Assembly: GCA_000708835.1 (NCBI GenBank)
Contig: DF237421.1
Location: forward strand, 1-64,000
Direction of reading: 5' to 3'
From: Klebsormidium nitens
Taxonomy: Eukaryota; Plantae; Klebsormidiophyceae
Length of the DNA: 64,000 nucleotides
Below the pieces are notes generated by a model that was given only the letters and a program-made list of their open reading frames with translations, was not told the DNA's origin and did no database searches. The stretch's first letter is position 1, and each line of letters opens with the position of its first letter. Positions 1-10,922 of this stretch are shown here, piece by piece. Made by a program: the position numbers and the translations under genes.

Positions 1-58
1 AACAAGGCGACAAAGTTTGATATTGAGACTTGTAAACGATGTCCAACTCTGTCTGCAG

Positions 59-1332
59 AAGTCGCCGCCATTTACTTCGCCACTTTCATCCTCATCCTCA
101 TTCCTCTCTACATCGCGGCCGTCCTGCTCACCCTCCCCCTCTGGCTCCCTTTGGTGGCGGCCTTCTTAGCGTTTTGTGGCGCCTTTGTGACGCACCTCCT
201 GAGTATGGTCGCCGTCTTCTCTTTCGGAGCCTGCTGGATATACTCCGGGCACAGGTGGGTACCACGACCTGTGCAAAGCTTCGAACCTTCTAGGTCCAAC
301 TTAATGCTCCATCTGATTACTGAAAACGCTGGTGATGCATCTCTGGCTGAAAGATGTAAGGATTACGAGTTTCCCTCCGCGTATAACGAAGAGTGCATTC
401 CTTCGCATGATTTTGCAGATCACTGAAGCATCCCACCGTTTAAGGTATCGTTGCACATCGCTGCAGTTCCGTTATCCGTGCTTTTAAGCTTAGAAGTCGC
501 AACTTGCTTTTTGTCTTCCAGAATCCACCGGGGAGCATTGACCCCGAAGCAATTGGACGGTCCGGAAGAGCCGCCGATCGTACTCGAGATTCCTCCGGCC
601 TTGTCAAGCTTCGGAGAGATGCTTGAGTGTCCCATCACCCGGGTAAGCATGACGTCACGTTGACTCGAAGTGATAACTGAACCGTATATTATAATATGGA
701 CGCCAGAAAGTAGTCGTCTTATGTTTACGATGAACCCTGGGTTTGAAAAGGGGAAGCCCTCGGGATGACGTGAACATTTGAAAGAAGTGCGAATAAGAAC
801 CCCTCTGCCTCAGTTGTCGAGACCTGTTTGAGGTTCTGGTGGGGTTGCGGCTTACGATGTGTTCCTGCCGTGCTTCTTCGAGTTACCTAGCTTAAGACGA
901 AACACTTTGGTGTGGTATATGGCAATCCTCTGCTGTGACTCTTTCTATCTTCGTTTCCAAGACTTCAGGACTTATTCACCGCTCGATTCATCTTTGAGAA
1001 GCAGTGACGTCCTCTCCGCTCCTTTGCACCAGCAAGTCATGCACGACCCGGTGATCGCAACCGACGGCTTCACCTATGAGCGCTCGGCGATTGCCGCGTG
1101 GCTCGCCCGCAGTTCCACGTCGCCCATGACCAACCTGCCACTGTCCGGCGATTTCCGGCGGTTGATCCCAAATCGGACGGTGAAGGCACAAATCGCGGAG
1201 TGGCGGAACGTTCAGGAGAAACGGGTGGAAGCGCAGAAGACAGGCGTTGCGCTGCGGCTTTTGATCAAGCAAGTTGTTTCGGTTGCTGGAAACGTTGATA
1301 CACTACTGTTCGGCTTTTTGGAAGAGCTGTGA
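59..1332 (+). CDS. Membrane-anchored U-box E3 ubiquitin ligase, tandem copy 1 (5' partial; upstream exons lie outside the window)
   Basis: Exons 59-254, 522-642, 1033-1332 with GT-AG junctions in frame. The spliced product has a hydrophobic N-terminal part (VAAIYFATFILILIPLYIAAVLLTLPLWLPLVAAFLAFCGAFVTHLLSMVAVFSFGACWIY) followed by a U-box ([32 protein letters not shown]...TSPMTNLPL...LIPNRTVKAQIAEW). Exon-by-exon paralog of copy 2. Confidence 0.9.
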
Positions 1333-3456
1333 GAGTACGTTGAGCAGTGCACGTTTGAGGACCAAGCGTTGCTAAGTTCTTAGCCAGGTCAGAGCACATT
1401 TCAAACGCTAAAATGTTCATCGAGCTCCACACGAGCCGGTTCACCGTAGTAGCAGAGGTTCCGGTTTCTGATCATGTGACGCGATTGTTGGACGGGCCCG
1501 CAGCATACTTAGTATGCTTATGGAAAGCTTTTGGATAAGATACGAAGCAGGACATGCGCGCCACCATCTGCGCGTTTCGCGGTTGATGGGCGTGCCGATC
1601 AAAAGTCGTCCTGATGCGAGTAAAAAGCATGCCGTCTAAGGAGTTTCGTATATGGAACGGCACAAATGTCAGCCCGCCTCGGTTGATTTTGCCGACTGCT
1701 GGCGCTGCTTGCAACATGTTGAGACAGCTAAGCCAGCGGCTAGCCCAACGAGGCATCCGCACGACGTCCACCTGCACACCTTCAGGATGGCTGCCTGTGT
1801 GCGGAGATACTGCAGGTCAGATATGTGTGCGGCGTTGCCCGCCGGCGGGATGCTATGCAGCTTCTCGGGCTCCGGCTGACTTCGGGGTGAAAATCGGTAT
1901 CCAGCTCTCAGTGTTGGTGCCGCATAGAATAACGCAGAGTAAGTTCTCTGAGACGCGTGCTTCTTGCAATAGGCATGCCCAAACGAAGCAAGTTAAGCCA
2001 TCGACCTTTTCGAGGCTTTGATTTTCTGCAAGAGAACACTGGTAAGCGAAAGGTGAAAGCTCACGCGGTACGCTCAATTACGCACGTTTGCTCTGGACGA
2101 CAAGCACACAACCAAGCTGCACCAATGCAAGCTAGCCGCAGAGCAGAGCAAAGTCAAGATTTGCAGTAGGTTGATACGAGCGCGCGCGCCGGCGCCGAAG
2201 TCAGATCTGCGGCCGGCCGCGGGTCCAAGCTGGCGGCCGTCCCATGCAGCCACCAGGTGGCAAAACCGTACCATTGTGTAGCCGCGGCCGGCCACGCGCA
2301 TGAAGGCGGCCGCCAGCGAAGCGGCTTCGTCGACTTGATCAAAATGAGAAAAGAAAGTGGCTCAAAACTCTTCGCGAGTAAGATTAAGACCTTACCTGTG
2401 GATAGATCGAACGAGGAGCTCAAGGCAAAGGCTGCAGAAAGGAGGCGCTGCAGCGATGATCTCGTCGCGCCACAGCTGCAATCGAGTCGCCTGGCAATCA
2501 AGCTAACTTTAGGGGGTTTTGGGGATCTCTTGCTCAAGAAAGGACCCGGTCTCCTCAAAGTGCCATCGTGCATGCCAGACCCCAGCGTCGATAGCAGCCT
2601 GAATCTCAGCAACCTTGAACTAGTTCGAAGTTTTCGAGGTGCCATTCTCGCTGGTAGTGACCTGCTTACTTTGACAAATCTGTTGAGGGTACAACATTGG
2701 AATTCTCTTGCCAGATGATGCGGGTTGCTGGCGTCAAAACCTGGTCAAGATGAATGTTCGAAGACCTTGGCTCTTCGTCAAATTTGAGGTTCCTCAATAG
2801 ATTTGAGGAGCTACGGAAGTGAGAGGTAAGGGAAGATCAGATTCGTTATAAAACAAGGGATGAACGCAGCACATGCCAGTAGGCATGCTGTCGGTGCTGA
2901 GAATGGCTTCAATGAGATATTAAGGTAGATCAGATGGGTTTTGACGCATAATTTCGAAGATAATTTATCAGAGGGTTCATCTGCATCGTATCAAGCTCAA
3001 TAATCAAATACGGGAAATCAGAATATTTGGGTGACTGCATTCCTCCATGGAGTCACAAAGATCAAGTGGCATGATCTGAGATTCTTCGATCAGAGAGAAT
3101 GAGAGAAGATAGATACTACTGCAGCACAAATCCAGGCTTACGAAGGCCTTGAGATTTCCAGCAATTGCTCTCCAGCTGGCATGGACTATCTTATCTACTC
3201 TGAACATCAGTTGGCGTACAAAGCTTCTGAAGTGATTTCTTCTATACACGTGGAGGAGCTTTGAACACTTTTGAGGACTAGAGTGCATCATTGCACATGC
3301 AGACGAACTCTCGAGAGCTTTTGAACCATTATCAGGTCTCTTTCAAAATCCCCAAGACAACAATAGCTAATCTAACAAGGAGATCAATGAAAGTGTACTG
3401 AAGCGGTGTTCTCACAGGTGCTAACATCTCCTGCCTGCAAGGTCCATCTGCCTGCC

Positions 3457-5800
3457 ATGGGTAGCAGAGGTTTGAAGACGAAAGAGCTCTTCAAGGACGC
3501 TGGCATGCACAGGGAAGCAAGATTCATCGTAGCCACGTAAGTCGAAAATCGCCTTTAAAAACGCTGCTCAGGTGACTTGCTTAACCGACAATGAGACGGT
3601 CCATCAACACAAGGGGTACATAAGTTTGACAGAAACCTGCCGCTGACCTACTCCTCTGTGGGTCGCATTTTTGAGTCTATTTTTGGAACAATTGCGTGAT
3701 TTCTGGGGCTGAAAAGTTAAACAAGATGTGCCTGGCAAGATGGGGTTCCTGTGCTCTTGGAGGTCGAGCAGAGCTTTGGGTACTCAGACAACGCAGACTC
3801 TCGTGAACGCGTCTCATCGTGACGAGATCTGCTGAGATCTGCATCATGTGTCAGAATATGCAGTATCTGCAAGCTGATCCCTTCGAAAAAGGTTTTTAAA
3901 GGCAAAACACAGACACTAGTTGCACGAACGCTGAAGGCACTGACCTGAACGCATCCCTTCGGCTTTCAGCCGCATCTGCAGGTACCTCCTCAGTCTCAGC
4001 TTCCTCTCCGGCAACTTCTCCGCCCTTCTTTGCTTCTTCCTTTCGGGTGAGTGGATTCCGCTGTCACAATGCTTGAGTTGGTCCCGGCTTGTATAATAAC
4101 GCAGTCCAGATTGACGTGTTCTCGATTGGAATCGGAAGGTGGAGCATCTGATATGCCGTAAACAAACTCGAGTTGTTAACGTGAGTGCGCACCGTGCAAA
4201 CACATACCGACGCTGAGTTCCTCTTAGCTGAGTCCACAGCTTCTTTGACTACTTCGGTGCACTGTTTATCCTAGATTGCTGCCGGAGGTGACCGTTGAAA
4301 AGCGTGGCTTTTCGCTCCCTTCCCTTGGGGGTACCTATTCCTCCATATGAGACTTCTAGAAAGAACAGCGAATCACACGTACTTCTTTGCAGTCCACCGA
4401 CCCAACAAGGCAATGAACCTACATCAAAGCACCTACATCAGAGCTAGTAAGGAGATTTGTGCTCTTTCCAATCGCAGGAATCGCCGCCTTTTTCTTCGCC
4501 ACATTCATCCTGGTCCTCAGCCCCCTCTACACCGCGGCCATTCTGCTCACACTCCCTTTCTGGGCCCCCTTGCTGGCGACCTTCCTGGCGTTTTGCGCCA
4601 CCTTTGTGACACACCTCCTGAGCCTGGTCGCCGTCTCCTTGTGTGGGGCCTTCTGGGTCTACGCCAGCTTCAGGTGGGGTCGATATTTGCGGAGCACGGA
4701 GCTTGAAAAGCTTTGAAGTTTCGGACTTCGATCCATCTGTCTTTTCAGAGTCACAATTGTATGATCGTTCGAGACTCTTTGCGTGAAATCATGTTCAGGT
4801 CTTGATTAGAAGGTAACACAGATTAATGAAACACCCCAAAATTGTCACTCCGTTGCACGCGATACTCTAGTCCCCCTTCTCTTGACTTCGGGCTGAGCTA
4901 ACAGGAATTGCGTGCCATCTTCAGGATCCAACGGGGAGCTCCAGCTATTCCGCAACGATCGGACGGTCCGGAAGAGCCTCCAATTTTCGTGCGCGAGATC
5001 CCTCCAGCCTTGTCGAATTTCGTAGAGATGCTCGAGTGCCCTATCACAAGGGTAAGCATGACGGCAGGTCGGGAGCAAGTGTACAAAGACGCTTCCCGTC
5101 GGGAATACAAGTCGAAGGTCGACATGATTGATAGTCTGAGATGCACTCAAGAGTTTCACAAACGGCTGCCAAAAGAATTGCAAAGCATGTTTGCTCCGGA
5201 GGGTCCCCTCAGAAGTGACTTCGAACAAGCTGAACTTTCGCGACGAATTTGATCTTCCTTTTGCAAACCTGTCCTTATTGAAGCCCCTGCGACGCTCGCG
5301 GTTCTTCAGATGGTTCCGGCTGGTTCTACGACCCAGCAAGAGTGCTCCAGACTTTTGTCACAACCTCTTCAAAATGACGTGCAAACTTCTGCCCCAAGTT
5401 CGTTGTTCCCGTGTGCAGATTGTTCCATAACCCGACGCACTTCTCAACCGTCATTGATAGGCACTGACGTCATTTCGTCCCCACTCTTTTGCACCAGCAA
5501 ATCATGCGCGACCCGGTGATCGCAACCGACGGCTTCACCTACGAGCGCTCGGCGATCGCCGCGTGGCTCGCCCGCAGCCCCACGTCGCCCATGACCAACC
5601 TGCGGCTGCCCGGTGATTGGTGGCAGTTGATTCCAAATCGGACGGTGAAGGCGCAAGTTGCGGAGTGGCGGGAGATGCAGCAAACACGGGCGAAGGAGGA
5701 GAGGACGTCGGACTTTGCGTTGCGGCGTTTGGTCAAGAAGGTTGCGTCGGCTGCTGGGAGCGTCGACACGTTGCTCTTCGGCCGTTTGGAGGAGCTTTGA
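3457..5800 (+). CDS. Membrane-anchored U-box E3 ubiquitin ligase, tandem copy 2 (256 aa)
   Basis: join(3457-3536, 3982-4046, 4478-4673, 4925-5051, 5498-5800) = 771 nt, phases consistent (2,1,2,0). U-box motif [44 protein letters not shown]...LIPNRTVKAQVAEW. The first two exons are inferred from splice signals and phase only. Confidence 0.85.
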
Positions 5801-8653
5801 GAGTTTCTTGAGCAGTATGCGTTTGAGGACAGGCGTTGCTGGGTTGTTATCCAGATCAGAAGAGAGCCAATGCCCGCTCAATGGCTAGAATGCTCATCAA
5901 GGTCCTCATGAGTTGAGCCGATTGAACGTAGCAGCACAGGTCTAGAGTCTATGATAACGCGATTTCTGATCGTCGGGCCTCTGAGCATTGTGAGATTTGT
6001 CAGGTGAGGCGTTGGAGATATAATTCGTAGCAAGAAGGCACGCCACTCTTTTCACGAGAATTGCAATTGTGGTTGATCGACGGGTTTAGCAGAACCAGGC
6101 AGACAGTAATTAACAGTGAACGGACTTAAGCAGCGCTTAGGCAGATTTCCAGTTGCACAAATCTCTGCTCGCCGTGTGTAATGTTGCCGTTTGCGCTCTG
6201 GCAACCATTATGCAAATCGAGAGACCCGAACGCGTCTGCGCTGTGCGACATATATATGCACAAGGGGCGCGTCGGCGGCATGCCATACGAGCAAGAGACA
6301 ATGCATCATGCAGCTTCTAAGTTAGGCGCGTCCCGGAATTGCGGGTACCGTCACACTGCATAAACGGTCATTGGGCGGACATGCATGCATGTATGTGCAC
6401 CGTATGTGCAGCGTTTGTGGGAGCTATTGCTCATGTGGAGATCGTTGCGCTAGCCTACATATTGGACATGCTAAGCGGTCTGACTGAGCATCCACCTTAC
6501 ATATATGCACTGAGTGTTTTTTTGCATTTAAAGTCCTAGGCCGGGCTAGCCTGCGATCGATTCACTGGGGTTACAGAAAGCTTAGCTTAGTAAGGGCCTG
6601 GCCATGTCCAATCAAAGTTGGCAGGCTTTGACTACAGGCATTGTGGCCACGGCCGCTGTCACGGCATCATCGAGTCGGCAGCTCGTGGTACATGTCACAT
6701 TAAAATGATCGAATTAACAGGCCGTTGCTGTCTGGGTACAGTCATTTAGGCAACGCTCTACTCGCTCTTCTACGCCGCATGCGGTTTGGGGCAGCATGGC
6801 CGAGAATGTCATTAATTCTAGACGCATTCGTTCCGCATGCTCAAGCTCAGTGCTTATACTGGAAGACGTATCATGTAATGCCCCCGACCAAGCCACGTGG
6901 CTGCTCTATCCTGGCCGCGAAATTACGGCTGTTGTTTCCCAGGGAGACGAGGAACGGGGACATAGCGACCACCTCTAATCGGCACTTCTGCCCCTCGAGG
7001 TTGGTCAATGTTGTGGCTGCTGCCCACAACCGCGAATAATCCCTGCGATATTCAAAAGGAAGAAATCTTTCAAAGTTGACATTCTCGACTGGGCTGAGAG
7101 GAAGAACAGTCTCTTCCTTTCCAAGAAGGAAAGAACAACCAAGAGGAGACCGGCGGCGAGTTGACAGCATCAAGGTGAAGGGTTGTAAGCTCTCGAAGTA
7201 TGTCCCTCTATCTGAAATGGGCTTGTGCGAAAACGGTTTGGGAGCAGCTTTGTTGATTGAAGAAGGGATCAGACCACCATACAGGCCAGCGCGCGCTTCT
7301 TTGGCGCGCGCACACTGTGACCAGGATGCCTGCCGGGCTATGCCACAGATTGACTGGGCTTCACCGATCAATACGTCTGCTTTCTTAACCTAAAGAATCT
7401 CAACTTTCGATAGGAATCCGAACCTGGGCCGGCAAGAAGAGGAGAGAAAAGAAAATGAGATTTGACTCACTTCCGAAAACACTTGACAATGTGCACCCCC
7501 CTATCGGGTAGGAAGCTCAGGTCCTCAATCTGAAGCGCGCTGCCTGCTGCACCGTATGCTTGGACCAGTGCTGCCGAAAGGCAGCTAAGAAACTTCTGCG
7601 ATGACTCAACGGCGCCTGGAGAACCGTCGAGAGTCCTGCAGGACAACGAGTGATCATGACCTAGTTCCTGGCTATGTTGGAATCTTGAACCAGCTCTGCA
7701 TTGGAGCTGGCGAAAAGTTGGGTGAGGGATGTGAAGAGGGAATGTACTGAATCAGCCAGAAAGAGGAGCAGTTCAGAGTTCAGTGCGCACAGGGAAAAGA
7801 AATACTGAAAGACACCCACAGCTGAAAGCTGTGCCCACAACCGCTAAAGACCACTTTTGTCTGAAGTGTGCACAATTATGTGTTACAAGTGCTTGTACTG
7901 CAGGTCAAATATTGTGCAGCGCCCACAAGTGCATCGCTATGCATTCTGTCACTCATCAGGGCAGGATCCTTAGCTTGCAAAATTCAACTGCCAGGAAGTG
8001 CCACCACAACCGAAGACTTACATTCTGATCTGCAGATAGGTGTAGATACACCTCAGGGTCAACGTCTTCTGCTTGTGACAGGTGGCAGCTTTCTGCTGGC
8101 CGTTTGAATCTCCACCCGGAGCACTATCTATCTCCATCTATGAGAGTATGGGCTGGCGTCAGCGGCCGCAGCTCACCAAGGCATCAGCAGAAAGATATGC
8201 ACACTCAGCACAGGAAGCTTTGGGTGAACCGCCAAACAAACAAGCAGCAGTGGTATGTCCAAAGAGCGCCACTGTGTGCTGCACCGCGGCTCTCAGCGAG
8301 CCCTGTCTGCTTTCCTTCAGTGTCAAGAGGTGTTTGAGGCCCTTGAGTTTCCAGTGGAGAACCGCTGACAGCCGGCACAAACCCCAATTTCTTCTGAACA
8401 GCACAAATGCAAACACTCTGCACTGGGACTCAAGGCGCACTGCCCATCACAGCGCCAAGAAGGACATTGCTGTGCTCGGTGCGGCTTCTCGTGCTGCCCT
8501 CCTGCTTTGCACCACCTTCACCTTCGCCCCTGAGGTTGAAGGAGACGCTGCCCACATTGCATAATGCTGGTGACAGCTGGCAGCTCTGAATGTCCAAAGA
8601 ATCAAGTGTTTTGAGCTTGCATTGCAGAGCTTGCCGACATCCCCCGGATTAGA

Positions 8654-9296
8654 NNNNNNNNNNNNNNNNNNNNNNNNNNNNNNNNNNNNNNNNNNNNNNN
8701 NNNNNNNNNNNNNNNNNNNNNNNNNNNNNNNNNNNNNNNNNNNNNNNNNNNNNNNNNNNNNNNNNNNNNNNNNNNNNNNNNNNNNNNNNNNNNNNNNNNN
8801 NNNNNNNNNNNNNNNNNNNNNNNNNNNNNNNNNNNNNNNNNNNNNNNNNNNNNNNNNNNNNNNNNNNNNNNNNNNNNNNNNNNNNNNNNNNNNNNNNNNN
8901 NNNNNNNNNNNNNNNNNNNNNNNNNNNNNNNNNNNNNNNNNNNNNNNNNNNNNNNNNNNNNNNNNNNNNNNNNNNNNNNNNNNNNNNNNNNNNNNNNNNN
9001 NNNNNNNNNNNNNNNNNNNNNNNNNNNNNNNNNNNNNNNNNNNNNNNNNNNNNNNNNNNNNNNNNNNNNNNNNNNNNNNNNNNNNNNNNNNNNNNNNNNN
9101 NNNNNNNNNNNNNNNNNNNNNNNNNNNNNNNNNNNNNNNNNNNNNNNNNNNNNNNNNNNNNNNNNNNNNNNNNNNNNNNNNNNNNNNNNNNNNNNNNNNN
9201 NNNNNNNNNNNNNNNNNNNNNNNNNNNNNNNNNNNNNNNNNNNNNNNNNNNNNNNNNNNNNNNNNNNNNNNNNNNNNNNNNNNNNNNNNNNNNNNN
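8654..9296. other. Assembly gap (643 N)
   Basis: Run of N characters. The ORFs listed across it are artefacts. Confidence 1.
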
Positions 9297-9319
9297 CACA
9301 CCCTCAATGCCCTCAATGG

Positions 9320-9710
9320 AAAGGAAAAAGGGCCGGGGGCTTCGCCCCCCCCCCCACCTTTCCTCCTCCTATTGTGTAGTCAGACAAAGGCGTGTTTACT
9401 ACTGCTAGTGTTTAGCACGGCCATGGGCGCCTACGTCGGCTCTTGTGTTCTGCCCATCAGAGTGGGGGGGCAGGGGGGCTCGGGCCCCCCCACATCACCC
9501 CCATCCCCCCACACGGCCCTCGGTCCTCCCTCGGTGTCCTCGAAATAAAAGGAACATTAAGGGGAGCTTCGCCCCCCTCTGCTTCTTTCCCTCCTCCGCT
9601 TATGTGAACCAGTTGACATGTGCGCGTGTGTTATAAAAGCGCAGTTATGGGCGCCACCTCGGTTCTTGTGTTCTGCTCATCAGCATGAGGGGGGCTCCGT
9701 CCCCGTCACA
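9320..9710. repeat. Two degenerate ~230-bp tandem units with G/C hairpins next to the gap (possible repeat or transposon end)
   Basis: GGGGGCTTCGCCCCC (~9335-9349) recurs as GGGGAGCTTCGCCCCC (~9562-9577). ATGGGCGCCtacgTCGGCTCTTGTGTTCTGCCCATCAG (~9423-9460) recurs as ATGGGCGCCaccTCGGTTCTTGTGTTCTGCTCATCAG (~9648-9684). Confidence 0.6.
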
Positions 9711-10922
9711 TTGCCCCAACGTCCTTGTGAAAAGGTAAATGGTGGGGGAGAGGAGGGGCTGTACTCGATGTTCATGCTAGCTACCTTGTACTTTTGATAA
9801 GGGAACTTAAGCAAGGCTTCAGCGCCCTTCCGTAGTCGTGCCAATGGTTTCAACTCCAACATGGGCGAGATTAAGTCTGGCAACTTAGCCTCTTAGCTCC
9901 CCGGCCCGATCTTGCACTAGGGCCAGCTCCGTGGTCTCCCCAAGAGCCCCAGCTAGATGCCACCGTAATCTTTCGCAGAAACATACCGATCCTTGGATAC
10001 ATGCTCAGATCCGTGTAAGAGAAAACGCATGGGGAAGTACATGCCGTACAATTTCAAGACGGGTTCAAGACTCAGAGTCTTCTTTCGGCCTCTCAGTTGA
10101 CTAGGCTAGCCGCCCCATGAATTGTCTGATCAACGCATGATCTAATTGACGGGATGAAAGAATATCTTGCAGAGCAATTCGATCGTGCACGGCGGACTTC
10201 GTTGAGTGCCTTGAGCCGAATATGTGAGCTTATATACATCCATCGGCTATGCAAATTTGGTGCAATCGATTAGGTTGGACACAATATTGTACCTGCCTCG
10301 ATCCGCTCTAAGTTATAATTTCCGCTAGCTCTTCGTGCCTGTGTAGCTGACCAAGGCCGGCGCTTCTAGGCCCTCACCGCGTTACATGCTGTAAATCATA
10401 CGATGACATATGTGTCAATCAAGATCGAACGCGTCAATATCTCGACAAGCTTCTTCTAATGATGTTTAGAATTGCCAAACCTTTCAGTGCCTGCGTCTGT
10501 CATGAACTTGAATGAAGCTTGAAGCTGTAGAATCAAGGGCCACAGGATCATACCTCGGAGAACTAATGTCGACAGGCCAGGCCCGGGTTTGGATGCTAAC
10601 CGCGAGCACATCATGGCCGGAATGGAATTGAAGGCATCGGTCATCTCGCCCTTGAACATGCAGACTCTCAATGAGAGTGCTAAAAATGGAGCGCACATCT
10701 ACCGAGTCCGAAACACCAGTGGCATGCATAGTTGGTGATTGAACCGGGCCCGGAGACAAAAACCAACAGAATGGGCTCCCTTTCAATTTCAACACTAACT
10801 GATGTGGCAGATTAAAGAGGACGGTCGGCTGCATGTCCGACTTTTAATTATGCCGACCTGGGCTACGACGTTTATTCTAGCCAAACACAATCATTTCTAG
10901 CGTCTGTACACGTCATTTTTTT

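Noticed and set aside
1472-3300. Short ORFs between the U-box copies
   Set aside because: No recognisable domain, codon bias or spliceable model; treated as intergenic or promoter sequence.
6700-8650. Possible decayed gene or transposase (fragments such as KVDILDWAERK and SMRVWAGVSGR, faintly like a Tc1 VMVWG motif)
   Set aside because: Frames are broken by stops, and there is no catalytic triad, TIR or consistent splice model. The similarity is too weak to call.
8447-9548. Long ORFs of 216-308 aa in the ORF track
   Set aside because: They read through the N gap and are artefacts.
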